Below are positions 50,186-60,808 of a stretch of 64,000 nt of DNA, one piece after another. Below the pieces are notes generated by a model, which did not search any database, was not told the DNA's origin, and worked only from the letters and a program-made list of their open reading frames with translations. Each line of letters begins with the position of its first letter. Within the stretch, counting starts at the first letter, position 1. The DNA is from Candidatus Fermentibacterota bacterium (GTDB lineage Bacteria; Fermentibacterota; Fermentibacteria; Fermentibacterales; JCC-6): NCBI GenBank assembly GCA_963845085.1, contig CAWJQI010000004.1, positions 480,001 to 544,000 of the forward strand, in the 5' to 3' direction. A program made the translations under genes and the position numbers.

Positions 50186-51371
50186 GCTTGCCGTTCTCGG
50201 AGGTCGGCAGGCCTTCGACGAGCCTCTGCACGTCGGCAGGCCGAACCTTCCCGACCGCGGCACGTTCAACAGCCTTCTCGACGAGATGTTCGACAGGCGC
50301 TGGTTCACGAACTACGGCCCCCTTGTGAAACGCTTCCAGGACGAGTTGCAGACTCTGCTCGGCGTTAAGCACTGCATCCCACTTTGCAATGGAACCATAG
50401 CGCTCGAGCTTGCCTGCAGGGCGATCGGTCTCTCCGGCGAGGTCATCATCCCCTCGTTTACCTTCATCGCAACGGCGCACGCCCTCAAGTGGCAGCAGAT
50501 AACCCCTGTCTTCTGCGACATGAGGGAAAGCGATTTCACCATGGACCCTGACAAGATTGAAGATCTGGTCACGGAAAACACCACCGGAATAATCGGCGTG
50601 CACGTCTACGGCAATCCCTGCGACGACCGGGCCATTCGTAGGATCGCCGGCAAACACCGATTGAAGGTCGTCTACGATGCCGCCCATGCATTCACGAACG
50701 AGGTGAACGGCATTCCGATCTGCCGGATGGGCGACATATCCGTGCTGAGCTTCCACGCCACCAAGTTCTTCAGCACATTCGAGGGCGGAGCAGTGGCCAC
50801 CGACAACGATGAACTCGCGCACAGGGTCCGCCTCATGATGAACTTCGGCTTCGGCGGCAAGGACAGGGACCGGGTCGATTACATCGGCACCAACGGCAAG
50901 ATGACCGAGGTCTGCTCGGCCATGGGGCTGGCCATGCTGGACCGGGTGGAGGCCATCCGCACAATCAACGAGCGGAACTTCCACGGATACGGGAACCGCC
51001 TTTCCGGCATACCTGGGATCACCCTGCGTGAACCTTCGGGCGATCTGACAAAACAGAACTGGCAGTACGTGATCATTACCGTCGACAGCAGCGCCTTCGG
51101 CCTCTCCCGGGATGACCTGATCGCGGTTCTCGACGCCGAGAATGTACTGGCGAGGCGCTATTTCTACCCCGGCTGCCACAGGATGGAGCCCTACCTGAAC
51201 TGCTTCCCGAACAAGGGCAGGCTTCTTCCTGTCACCGACAGGATCTCCGAGACCGTGATCTCTCTCCCGACGGGCGAACCTGTGGACGAGTGCGTGATCG
51301 ATACCGTCGCCGACATCATCCGGACCGCAGGAATGAATGCTCGGCCCGTTCTGAAAGCCCTGCATGGCTGA
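50178..51371 (+). CDS. DegT/DnrJ sugar aminotransferase (VioA-like)
   Basis: NGTIAL, FTFIAT, YDAAHAF, SFHATK (PLP lysine), GTNGKM and RRYFYP motifs. Confidence 0.9.
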   Translation: MRKLAVLGGRQAFDEPLHVGRPNLPDRGTFNSLLDEMFDRRWFTNYGPLVKRFQDELQTLLGVKHCIPLCNGTIALELACRAIGLSGEVIIPSFTFIATAHALKWQQITPVFCDMRESDFTMDPDKIEDLVTENTTGIIGVHVYGNPCDDRAIRRIAGKHRLKVVYDAAHAFTNEVNGIPICRMGDISVLSFHATKFFSTFEGGAVATDNDELAHRVRLMMNFGFGGKDRDRVDYIGTNGKMTEVCSAMGLAMLDRVEAIRTINERNFHGYGNRLSGIPGITLREPSGDLTKQNWQYVIITVDSSAFGLSRDDLIAVLDAENVLARRYFYPGCHRMEPYLNCFPNKGRLLPVTDRISETVISLPTGEPVDECVIDTVADIIRTAGMNARPVLKALHG

Positions 51372-52373
51372 CAGGAAGACTTATGGGGGCTTTTTTGCGC
51401 TTGAGCGGTGCCACGGCGCCCGGGGGAAAACTCCCGGATCTGTCATCTCGGTGGCGCCATCAGTTTCTACAACGCAAGAAGTGCAATAGCAGCGCTTATC
51501 CGGGAAAATGCCTTCAGGGATGTGGTGCTTCCGCACTACATCTGCCCCGTTGTTCATCGCGCGGTTGAAGAAACCGGTGCTCCGGCAAGGTTCTACCCTG
51601 TCACCCCGGACTTCTCCCCCGATTATTCCACCCTCTCGGCCATGGTCCGGGAAGACACTCTTCTCATCGTCCCGGCCTACTTCGGTGTCTGCCTGCCGGA
51701 TATGGAAGCCCTTTCCCTTCTCTCACGGGGAACCGGGTGCAGAGTCCTCCTCGATTACGCCCAGGCTCTGTATGAACCCTGCCCTGCGGAGTTTTCCGCG
51801 GTCTACTCCCCCAGGAAGTTCCTCGGGGTTCCGGATGGCGGATTTCTGCTGGTCGGCGCGGGATCAAGGCTGAAGGCACCGGCGCAGCCCGTGCACAAGG
51901 TTGATCAATCCGTTTTCGGAGAACGCCTTGCATGCCACGGCACGAGGGGGGAATACCCTTCGGGTGACCTGCTTGATGTTTTCAGAGCCCTCGAGCAGAA
52001 CATGCCCAGCGGAGCGATCCGCATGTCCGGGCTTGCCATGAGCATCTTCACGGCATTCGACCACGATGCGGCCTGTGCTCAGCGAACGGCGAACCATGAT
52101 GCGCTTGCTTCCGCGCTTGGGTCCGAACCTGTGGGGGGTGGCTCGGTACCCCTTTGCTACCCTTTCAGGGTGGATCCCTCCCGTTTTGAACCGATGAGAA
52201 AGGCCCTGATCAAGGCGGGCGTATTTGTACCCTTCTACTGGCCGGGTCCTCCCGACCTGATGAGGCCGGGTACGGGCGTACTCCCTCTTCCCGTCGATCA
52301 CAGGTATAACTTCAAGGACATGGCCGCCGTTGCCGGAGCGGTCATCGAAATCCTTCACGGGAGGTCATCTTGA
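51364..52373 (+). CDS. DegT-fold PLP-dependent-like protein, frameshifted near 51422-51426
   Basis: ATG 51364 gives [14 protein letters not shown] in a different frame from the body (NARSAI, P.YIC, DYAQA, SPRKF.GVPDGG, LPVDHRY). One extra G in the G5 tract joins them. Confidence 0.65.
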
Positions 52374-52984
52374 GTTCCTTCTATTCCGACACAGAGCTCA
52401 TGGAAATCGGCTTCGAAACCATGGGGCACGACATCAGGATCAGCCGCAGGGCAAGCATCTACCACCCCGAGCGGATCTCTCTCGGAAGCCACGTGCGGAT
52501 CGATGATTTCTGCGTTCTTTCCGCATGCAGCGACGGCTTCATAAAGATCGGCAGTTTTGTTCATATTGCGGCGCTCTGTCTCATCGAGGCCCCCGCGGGG
52601 TTCGAAATGGAGGACTTTTCCGGGCTTGCCGGAAGATGCACCGTATACGGCGGAACCGATGACTACTCGGGCGAACATCTGACCAATCCCTGCGTTCCAT
52701 GGGAGTTCAGGAGCTGCGTCTGGAAAACGATACGAATGAGGAGGCACGCCCTTGCCGGAGCGGGTGCGGTCATCCTGCCAGGAGTGACCATGGGTGAGTG
52801 CAGCGTGGCTGGTGCGATGTCACTCGTTACGAGATCGATACCGGACGGGCAGATCCACGCGGGCGTACCGGCGCGTTTCATCAAGGAGAGAAGCATGAAG
52901 CTTCTCGAACTCGAGGAAGAGTTCAGATCCAGGCTGACCCTGGGCACCGACTGGTGCCGGGTCTGTGCCCCGAAAAAGGGGTGA
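52370..52984 (+). CDS. Hexapeptide-repeat acyltransferase (VioB-like)
   Basis: SFYS..EL, VRIDDFC, DDYSG, ILPGV and GVPARFIK motifs. Confidence 0.85.
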   Translation: MSSFYSDTELMEIGFETMGHDIRISRRASIYHPERISLGSHVRIDDFCVLSACSDGFIKIGSFVHIAALCLIEAPAGFEMEDFSGLAGRCTVYGGTDDYSGEHLTNPCVPWEFRSCVWKTIRMRRHALAGAGAVILPGVTMGECSVAGAMSLVTRSIPDGQIHAGVPARFIKERSMKLLELEEEFRSRLTLGTDWCRVCAPKKG

Positions 52985-52985
52985 A

Positions 52986-53981
52986 ATGGCACAGGAAACA
53001 CTTGTCAGGCGTGTTCGGATAATCGGCACGGGCAGCCATGTCCCTGAGAGGGTCGTGACGAACACCGAGCTTGCAGGCAGGGTCTCGACGTCGGATGAAT
53101 GGATCCGGGAAAAGCTCGGCATCCGTGAGAGAAGGGTGGCCGACCCCTCGGTCTGCACATCTGTGCTCGCCGCCGAGGCAGGGAAAAAGGCCCTCGAGAA
53201 GGCCGGTGTCGAGGCAGACGAACTCGACATGATCATACTCGCCACCGCCACACCTGACCGAATCGCACCGGCCACGGCTCCGAAGGTGCAGGCGCTCCTC
53301 GGCGCCTGGAATGCGGCTGCGTTCGACATGAACGCAGTATGTGCGGGCTTCATATACGCTCTGACCATGGGGGCGCAGTTCGTCGGGACCGGCATGTCCA
53401 GAAAGGTGCTCGTCATTGGCGCCGACACATTCTCCCGCATCACTGACTGGACCAGGCGTGACTGCGTTTTCTTCGGGGACGGTGCTGGGGCGGTTGTGCT
53501 CTCGCATTCCGAGGATGACACGGGGTTCCTGTGTTCCAGGCTGTATGCGGACGGCAGGGGATACGAGGCTTTCACGGTTCCTGCGGGGGGAACCGAGACA
53601 CCGGCAACCCCCGACACGGTGGCGGCTGGGCTGCATTTCTACAGAATGGACGGCCAGGCTGTTTTCAACACGGCGGTTAAGGTGATTCCCGACGCTCTTA
53701 TGCAGGTCATAGAAAAATCAGGGTTCAAGGTGTCCGATGTCGATCACGTGATCCCCCATCAGCCAAGCGTGAGGATCCTCGAGGAAAGCGCCAGACGGAT
53801 CGGAATCCCTTTTGAAAAGTTCCACACGAACATGGACAGATTCGCCAACACATCAAGCTCCACCATCCCCCTCCTTCTCGACGAGGTGAACCGCAGTGGC
53901 CTCATCAGGCCGGGCGAACTGGTCGCCTTTGTCGCAGTCGGTGCGGGATGGGCATGGGGGGCATCCCTTCTGAGATGGTAG
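52986..53981 (+). CDS. fabH: 3-oxoacyl-ACP synthase III
   Basis: GTGS, TSDEWI..GIRERR and FGDGAGA; catalytic triad in AVCAGF, PHQ and ANTS. Confidence 0.92.
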   Translation: MAQETLVRRVRIIGTGSHVPERVVTNTELAGRVSTSDEWIREKLGIRERRVADPSVCTSVLAAEAGKKALEKAGVEADELDMIILATATPDRIAPATAPKVQALLGAWNAAAFDMNAVCAGFIYALTMGAQFVGTGMSRKVLVIGADTFSRITDWTRRDCVFFGDGAGAVVLSHSEDDTGFLCSRLYADGRGYEAFTVPAGGTETPATPDTVAAGLHFYRMDGQAVFNTAVKVIPDALMQVIEKSGFKVSDVDHVIPHQPSVRILEESARRIGIPFEKFHTNMDRFANTSSSTIPLLLDEVNRSGLIRPGELVAFVAVGAGWAWGASLLRW

Positions 53982-54667
53982 ACAACAGCCCGCTGTACGT
54001 TGTTGTGGGAGGGTCGTCTTCACTGGGTGCGGCTGTGGTCTCGGGCCTGACCGCCAGGAACCGCAGGGTGATAAGCACATTCATGAGGGACAGACCCGCA
54101 CCCGGCCCCGGGGAAATGCACTGCGACGTAACAAGCCTTGACGACTGCCGGGCGGTTGCCGACCGCGCCTTCAGCCAGAGCAGAAAGGTGTTCGTTGTCT
54201 GCCTTTCGGGCATTTCCGTCAGCTCGATGATCCACAAAACGAACCCCGATGACTGGAACAGAGTCCTGAATGTCAATCTTGGCGGTGCATTCCAGGTGGC
54301 CCGTGCCTTCCTTCCCGGAATGAGGGAGGCGGGCTATGGCAGGCTGGCATTCGCCGGGTCCGTGGCCGGCAGGCTTGGTGCGGTCGGCACTGGTTCCTAC
54401 AGCGCTTCGAAGGAGGGGCTCAGGGGCCTTGTCCGGGTGATTGCCTGTGAAAACGCCTCAAAGGGAATTTCGGCCAACACCATCGAGATCGGTTACATGG
54501 ACTCCGGGCTGACGAACACCATCCCGGAAGCGATCAGGGAGAGTATTCGCGGGCAGATCCCGGCCGGACGATTCGGCGCCCCGGGTGAACTCACACCGGT
54601 TCTTCTGATGCTTGAGGAAGCATCCTACGTGAACGGTTCCGTCATCACCATATCGGGCGGTCTCTGA
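53975..54667 (+). CDS. FabG-like short-chain reductase
   Basis: GGSSSLG, VNL.G, YSASK, IPAGRFG and ISGGL motifs. Confidence 0.85.
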   Translation: MVDNSPLYVVVGGSSSLGAAVVSGLTARNRRVISTFMRDRPAPGPGEMHCDVTSLDDCRAVADRAFSQSRKVFVVCLSGISVSSMIHKTNPDDWNRVLNVNLGGAFQVARAFLPGMREAGYGRLAFAGSVAGRLGAVGTGSYSASKEGLRGLVRVIACENASKGISANTIEIGYMDSGLTNTIPEAIRESIRGQIPAGRFGAPGELTPVLLMLEEASYVNGSVITISGGL

Positions 54668-54698
54668 TCCGTGGGGCCGAGCTGTCCGGCTGCTTCCG

Positions 54699-55776
54699 TC
54701 AGCCGCTCCCGTACATCCATCTGAGAGGGTAGGCCGATGCGGCTTCCGACGATTGGGGAGGATGAGACAGGCATTTATTTATAAGATCATTATATATTTT
54801 GCGATCATGTATCCGCGTGGCTATCGTGAATCCAACCACCCCTTCGGGTGAGAACGACCTTTTGTATTCAAATATGCCGTCGGACCCCCCCGGTCCTCCT
54901 CCGAGCAGATAGTTCTCATATCCCTTCTCCCTGGCCCACCTGATGATCTCATGCTTCAAAAGGTTGTTCGGCCGCAACTCGTAGAACTCCTCCATCGTGC
55001 CGCCGAGAAATGAGTAGACTGCGGTTTCAGAGCAGAGTACCAGTTCGACCGAGAGAGTCCTGCCATTTTGAACCGCGTAGAAGACTCTGCAGTTTCCGCC
55101 CAGCCCGGCCGCCAGCCGGTCATAAAAGCCGGCAGGGAAAAGAAACTCCTGTTTTGCCTCCCGGCGCTTCATCGTGTGCGCATAGATTTCCAGGTAGTCC
55201 CCGAACCTTGCGCCTCCGATCCCCTCGTGAACGATCTCCACTCCGGATCGAAGGGCCTTGCTTATGTTTTTCCTGTTGTTGTGCCTGTATCCCTTCCAGA
55301 TCTCCTCGTCGGAGCGCTGCAGTGCGACAACGATCTGGTCATTGGCCTTTTGAAGGCTGTAGTGCCCGCGCCAGACGGTCATCGATCCCCAGAAGAGGGT
55401 TAAGACGGATCAGCTCCGCAACCACGCCCGACCCACGACAGTGGCAACCGAAGGATGCAAGGAAAGCCGCCAGAAGTCGTGCGTTGTCAGTGGCGCCGTA
55501 GATGCCTCCGTAGCCGTAGGCAGTGATGATGTCACATGAATCCCGCGGGGCATCGAGCCATGGGTATCTGGAAAGGGGGCATCTGAAATACGGGTAAACG
55601 AGCGTTCCTTCTTCTTCCTCGGCGATGGCGCACTCAGGGATCCTGTTCGTGTCGAGAAGCGCATGCGCCTCATAATACGGCCTGAGCGCGTAGACATCCC
55701 GCCGGGAAGCCGGCAGGGAACCGAGGGCTTCGTCCCACCTTGCGCTGCCTGAAGAAACGATCTCCATGCCGTTCAT
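54699..55776 (-). CDS. GNAT/FemAB-like acyltransferase, split by a frameshift near 55370
   Basis: The N-half (DVY...TAYGYGG...ELIRLNP) and C-half (RKNISKA...PNNLL...LGGG...YKRSF) overlap in different frames and together make one family member. Confidence 0.75.
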
Positions 55777-55913
55777 TCCTCCCCTGGTCCATCGAGCCCT
55801 ATCATTAAGCTTTCATCGCAATGCCGCCACATTGCCAAGACTCAGTCGAGCCATTAGCTTTCAGACGCCTTCAGGCGTGTTCTTCACTTCGACTCGTCTT
55901 CGAACGGACTTTG

Positions 55914-56894
55914 ATGAGCCATCGCACGCGGATACTGGGTTACTTCCTGCCCCTTGCCGTTTCGGTCGGGTTGCTGTTCCTGATGTACCGCCATGTCCAG
56001 GCCGGACAGCTCGTGGATGAAGTAAGGCATGCCGGTCTTCCCTGGACACTTCTCTACATCGTTCTGTCCTCCGTCGAACCTCTTGTAAGGGGGCTGAGAT
56101 GGAGTTTTCTCGTCGGCGCGAAATCACGATCAGCTGCGATCAAAGGCCTTTACATTGCTAAAGCAGGAAACAATCTGCTGCCACTTCGTATGGGCGATGC
56201 CGTGAGAACACAGTATCTGAGGGACTGCGAAGGAATCCCCTATTCAACAACAGCCGCATCGATACTCGCCGAAACCGCTCTTGATCTCGTGATGCTCGGG
56301 CTGCTCGTGCTGTTCTTCGCCCTGTTTGCAGCCTCGGCAACCGGGGTGATGATGTCGGTGGCACTCCTCGCGGGAATCCCCCTCGCAGTTTTCCTTTTCA
56401 CAAGGGGAGCCAGGTTCGTTCCCCGCCTTCTGCGAAGGTCTTTTGTCTTCAACGTGATAGGCCTGTTGACTGCGAGGCTCAGACTCATACTTTCGAGCGG
56501 GAACAGGATCGCAGTCATCGCGCTGACAGCCCTTCTATGGATCGTAACCCTCTCAGCCTCCTACTCCGGTCTGAGAATGTTCCTTCCACATGTGGGGTTC
56601 ATGGGCGTTATTTCCTCCATCGTATTCGTCTATTTCTCGGTGCTGGTACCCTCCGCGCCCGGTTTCATCGGAACGTATCATGCAGCGCTTGCGGGCAGTC
56701 TTGCCGTGATGGGGTACTCGCTTGCCGAATACCCTGCCGTCCCCATTGTGCTGCATCTTCTCCAGTTCATCCCCCAGACGATCATCGGACTGATCTTCGG
56801 GATCCGATACCTTTTCTCCAATGACTGGCGCAATGCCCTGGACGGGTTGAACAGCGCGAGAAGAAAACTCTTTCAGGGACGAGCGGAAGCATGA
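55914..56894 (+). CDS. Lysylphosphatidylglycerol-synthase TM / UPF0104 flippase-like protein
   Basis: RGLRW, NNLLPLRMGDAVR and PSAPGFIGTYH motifs; multiple TMs. Confidence 0.85.
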   Translation: MSHRTRILGYFLPLAVSVGLLFLMYRHVQAGQLVDEVRHAGLPWTLLYIVLSSVEPLVRGLRWSFLVGAKSRSAAIKGLYIAKAGNNLLPLRMGDAVRTQYLRDCEGIPYSTTAASILAETALDLVMLGLLVLFFALFAASATGVMMSVALLAGIPLAVFLFTRGARFVPRLLRRSFVFNVIGLLTARLRLILSSGNRIAVIALTALLWIVTLSASYSGLRMFLPHVGFMGVISSIVFVYFSVLVPSAPGFIGTYHAALAGSLAVMGYSLAEYPAVPIVLHLLQFIPQTIIGLIFGIRYLFSNDWRNALDGLNSARRKLFQGRAEA

Positions 56895-58237
56895 AAATAG
56901 CCGTGATCGGTGGCGGGATTTCCGGAGTGGCGGCTTCATACTTCCTTCTGCAGGGGAAGCGGTCCGACGACATCGAGGTGCGCCTGTACGAAAAGAGGCC
57001 CTTGATCGGAGGTCTGTGCCAGACGGTGGACATCGACGGGTTCAGGTTCGATTTCGGTCCCCACAACATCCATTCCATCGATCCCTGGTTCAACCTTTTC
57101 ATGGAAAACCTGCTGGGCAGCGAGTACCGAACACGAATCTACCAGCCCAAGGTCGTCTTCCGCGACAGTTTCATACCCTACCCCATGAAGGGGCTGGACA
57201 TCCTCAAGGGTGTCTCCGCCTGGACGTCGGCAGCATGTGCGGCAAGCTTCGTCTGGAGCAGGATTGAATCGCTGTTCAGGGCATGGGAGGACGACAGTTT
57301 CGAGGACTTCATAAGGAACAGGTTTGGCAGAAAGCTTTACGACATCTATTTCGGCCCCTTCACCGAAAAGACCTGGGGAGTGCCGGGCAGCATGATCTCG
57401 GCGGATTTCGGCAGGCAGCGCATAGGGGTCTTTACCCTCTGGGACCTGTTCAAAAGAACATTTCTCGGCATCAAACCGAAAGCCATGGAATCCGAGGAGG
57501 ACCCGTTCCTCAACTCGCGCTGCGTCTACCCGGATCAGGGCAGCGGCACCATAATCGACGCCCTGATCGGCCCCTGCCTTGCCGACCCGCGGTTCAGGCT
57601 GAGTGCGCCCCATGCCGTCGACCGGATCACTCCCGACGCAGGCGGCTACCTCGTCTCATCGAACGGTTCCGATTTCAGGGCTGACATGGTGTTTTCGAGC
57701 ATTTCGCTCACAGATCTTTTCGAAGCGCTCGGGTTGCCCGATCCGGGCCTCGTTTACGTCTCAACCCGTTTTCTCCTTCTTGCCATCGACCAGGAAACGG
57801 TTTTCGGAACCACGCCATGGGTATACTTCGCCGACGACAGGACAGCGTTCAACCGCGTCAGCGAACCCAGAAACATGAGCCCGATGATGGCGCCCGGGGG
57901 GAAAACCTCCCTGTGCATTGAGTTCACGACCACGGGAGACGATGCGATCGCAGGGGCTTCAGGCGAAGCCCTTCTTGAAATGGCCGTGACCGGTCTTTCA
58001 CAGTACGGCCTGCTGAAGCCGGGTGCGGTCCGGAACTGGAAAGTCGTTGACTGGGAGAACACATATCCCCTGAGGACACTGAACTACAGGGAAGTGACAT
58101 CCGCCGCCATGTCGGCCCTCGACGGCTTCGACAACCTGGTTTCGCACGGAAGGCTCGGGCGGTTCGAGTACTTCAACATGGACCATTGTGTAGCCGACGC
58201 ATTCAATACCGTCAACCGGCTTCTGCCGGAGGCCTGA
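56891..58237 (+). CDS. FAD-dependent oxidoreductase (protoporphyrinogen oxidase / UDP-galactopyranose mutase-like)
   Basis: GGGISG, GGLC, FDFGPH, TEKTWG, YP..G and GRLGRFEYFNMD motifs. Confidence 0.85.
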   Translation: MKIAVIGGGISGVAASYFLLQGKRSDDIEVRLYEKRPLIGGLCQTVDIDGFRFDFGPHNIHSIDPWFNLFMENLLGSEYRTRIYQPKVVFRDSFIPYPMKGLDILKGVSAWTSAACAASFVWSRIESLFRAWEDDSFEDFIRNRFGRKLYDIYFGPFTEKTWGVPGSMISADFGRQRIGVFTLWDLFKRTFLGIKPKAMESEEDPFLNSRCVYPDQGSGTIIDALIGPCLADPRFRLSAPHAVDRITPDAGGYLVSSNGSDFRADMVFSSISLTDLFEALGLPDPGLVYVSTRFLLLAIDQETVFGTTPWVYFADDRTAFNRVSEPRNMSPMMAPGGKTSLCIEFTTTGDDAIAGASGEALLEMAVTGLSQYGLLKPGAVRNWKVVDWENTYPLRTLNYREVTSAAMSALDGFDNLVSHGRLGRFEYFNMDHCVADAFNTVNRLLPEA

Positions 58238-58280
58238 CTTCGGAGGGACTGACCTGACGGCATCACGGAAGAGTGCCATC

Positions 58281-59630
58281 ATGCCTGCAGCCGCGCTTGC
58301 GCTGATCGCCTGCCTCCGGATCGCAGGCCTCTTCCTTGTCGGCGACCCATGGAGCACGGAGTGGGAGCACAGGATATTCTACTCCGATACCTACTCCTAC
58401 CTGCATGCCGCGGATGAGCTTGCTGACGGCAGCCAGAACATGCCGCTCTTCAGGGTGCCGGGCTATCCGCTTCTCCTTCTCGGTACGAGGGACCTTTGCG
58501 GGCCTGCCTGGACCGCGACAATGATCATCCACCAGATTGCTGACTTACTTACCGCCCTTGTCGTTGTGGCAGTTTCCACCCCCCTGCTCGGAAAGGTTCG
58601 AGGCATCTGGTCGGGGGCCTTCTACCTGGCTCTGCCCTCGGGCATCCTCTACTCTTCCTTCATGATACCGGATATTCTGGTTGCCTGCCTGATCGCTCTG
58701 TCCGGCCTTCTCTGGCTCAGAACCCCTCCCGGGGCATCTCCTGCGAGGGGAGCGCTCAACGGCCTTCTCGGGGGTCTTTGCTTCTCTTCCGCACTGCTTC
58801 TCAAACCGGTGGTTCTTTATGCACCCCTCATATACCTTGCACTCGTATTCATCCCCAAAAACCGGGGCCGGCTTGCAAGAGCGCTGTTCGCGGTGATGCT
58901 TGCGCTTCCCAGCACCGGCACCTACCTGATCCTCCGGAACCACAACGAAAGGTCCTTCGGCCTCCCGGGCATCAGCACGCAGGATGCGCTCGAACCGATG
59001 GGAAGAATGGTTCAGATCGCGGATTACAGGGGGACGGGTGTCGGAGGGGAAACGTTCTGGACTTTCGAGGACAGCCTTTCGAATGAGGCCCTTCGCGACG
59101 GTGTTGTGGACTGGGGTCGACGTGACAGCCTTTTCAGGGCCGTCACAAGGGAGGCTGTTCTCTCCAATCCGCTGCGTGTGGCCTACTTCGAGCTGACGAG
59201 ATGGCCGAAATTCTTCGTGAACCTCGACGGCCACCAGCCATACCTCGGCATCACCCCGAGGAATGCAAAACCGCTCTGGTACGTCGCACTGACCTCGATG
59301 ATCCAGTTCCCGCTCGGAATCGCCCTGCTTGCGGCGCTTGCCGTCCCGGGGATCCGCAGGCGGCTTGGCAGGGTTTTCTGGCTGGGCCTGGCCTGGTTCC
59401 TCTACTGCGTCCCCGTGATCGGACCCATCGCCTCTTTCCGCTACGGTCTGATGTTCTACTGGGCCCTTGTGCCGTTTCTGTTCGTCGCCTGCGATGAACT
59501 CACCCGGGGGAAGGGAAGCCGTCAGGGCGCGACGGAACCCGGTCGGGATCTTCGTGCGAGCAGCACTGCCGCCATGCAGAGCGATGAAATGGCTGCGGCG
59601 GCCAAGACGGGGAAAAAGGTGAGGCCGTAG
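58281..59630 (+). CDS. GT-C (ArnT/PMT-like) membrane glycosyltransferase
   Basis: D..SY, RVPGYP, PD.L, LLKP and RY motifs; about 11 TM segments. Confidence 0.7.
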   Translation: MPAAALALIACLRIAGLFLVGDPWSTEWEHRIFYSDTYSYLHAADELADGSQNMPLFRVPGYPLLLLGTRDLCGPAWTATMIIHQIADLLTALVVVAVSTPLLGKVRGIWSGAFYLALPSGILYSSFMIPDILVACLIALSGLLWLRTPPGASPARGALNGLLGGLCFSSALLLKPVVLYAPLIYLALVFIPKNRGRLARALFAVMLALPSTGTYLILRNHNERSFGLPGISTQDALEPMGRMVQIADYRGTGVGGETFWTFEDSLSNEALRDGVVDWGRRDSLFRAVTREAVLSNPLRVAYFELTRWPKFFVNLDGHQPYLGITPRNAKPLWYVALTSMIQFPLGIALLAALAVPGIRRRLGRVFWLGLAWFLYCVPVIGPIASFRYGLMFYWALVPFLFVACDELTRGKGSRQGATEPGRDLRASSTAAMQSDEMAAAAKTGKKVRP

Positions 59631-60808
59631 CGCGGTCCTGCAAGGGGGCCGTGCACCGGAACCATCACCGCGAACCAGACGGATGCCAGGCATAGAAGCG
59701 GGCCTGTCCTCCTTCTTATCGAGGGCACAGCCAGACCGGTAACGAAACCGGCCGGCATGAGAAGGACGAGGATCGCGCTCAGTATCTTGAGCGGACCGGC
59801 AAACCATCCGTCCCGGGGAAGACCGAGGTATCTCAGCGTGTTTCCCACACCCGTCGAGAAGAAGCGCGGCCAGCTCGCGATATGGGGAAGGATCACCGCC
59901 CAGGGATCGCTCCGGAAGCCTTCCAGCGCCATTTCCCGGTAAATCGCGCTCCTGACGCCGTAATCCACGCGCCCGTTCCTCATTGAGAGGGCGTTGACGC
60001 TGTCCTTCACTTCGGTCACGAACTCCAGCTGCGTGGCTCTTCCACTGAGCACCCATATCCTCCCGGCCTGTTCGTACCCGTCCTGAGCGGAGATCGAGTC
60101 AAGCCCGAAGGCTTCACGGTTGTGATGGAGGAGGAACTGCGGACCCGCCGAGTGAACTGCAAGGAGCACCAGAATGGACAGGATCCTGTCAATGAGGGGC
60201 CTTTTTCCGGTAGCGAAAACAAGAACGGTGTAGACCAGGGGGGCAAACATGTAGACCGGCTTGATGAGGGTGCCCACTGCACAGGTTACACCGATCAGAG
60301 CGTACAGCCCGATCAGTTTCCGTGGATCGCGCACCGCCGCGGCCCGCAGCCAGAGAAAGCCGCCTGCTGCTGTCATCAGTGCAAGAAGGGTGTCTGGAAG
60401 GATCCTGACGGACGTGATGAGAGATGCGGGAAGAAGGAGGTAGTAGGCCGACGCCAGCCACGGCTTCCCGCACGCGGAGGCAGGGACCATCAAGCCGATC
60501 AGCAGCGCGGTGGCAAGATCGGAAAGCTGCTGGAGGAGCACCGGGGCAAGCGCGCTCTCCCCGGGCTCGGGGGAGGTCAGTGCAAGAAAAACCGGATAGG
60601 CTGGGGTTCGGGTTGATACGCTGTCCTGCGTCCCGTCGGAAACATCCCGGGAGAAGGCAAGGTACCCGTGCGAATCGGGATCAAGCGTCCATGAGGTCCA
60701 TTCCTGCAGGTCGCCGAAACCCCAGACCATCAGCACGGCTGAGACTTTGAACAGGGCTGCCACGGCCAGAACCGTCAACCAGGAGGCATTTCTGATGGGA
60801 GTGGTCAC
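59522..60808 (-). CDS. GT-C (ArnT/PMT-like) membrane glycosyltransferase, paralogue of 58281-59630
   Basis: DS.GY, RTPAYP, PDTL, LIKP and RYGL motifs. GTG start at 60808 overlaps the upstream stop. Confidence 0.7.
   Translation of the reverse strand: MTTPIRNASWLTVLAVAALFKVSAVLMVWGFGDLQEWTSWTLDPDSHGYLAFSRDVSDGTQDSVSTRTPAYPVFLALTSPEPGESALAPVLLQQLSDLATALLIGLMVPASACGKPWLASAYYLLLPASLITSVRILPDTLLALMTAAGGFLWLRAAAVRDPRKLIGLYALIGVTCAVGTLIKPVYMFAPLVYTVLVFATGKRPLIDRILSILVLLAVHSAGPQFLLHHNREAFGLDSISAQDGYEQAGRIWVLSGRATQLEFVTEVKDSVNALSMRNGRVDYGVRSAIYREMALEGFRSDPWAVILPHIASWPRFFSTGVGNTLRYLGLPRDGWFAGPLKILSAILVLLMPAGFVTGLAVPSIRRRTGPLLCLASVWFAVMVPVHGPLAGPRYGLTFFPVLAAAAISSLCMAAVLLARRSRPGSVAP

Noticed and set aside
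50022..51365. Long antisense ORFs (447 aa here; also 9309-10355, 20005-20964, 38426-39463, 40899-42029, 58545-60056)
   Set aside because: They lie opposite well-supported genes and have no recognisable motifs. Such shadow ORFs are expected in GC-rich coding DNA.
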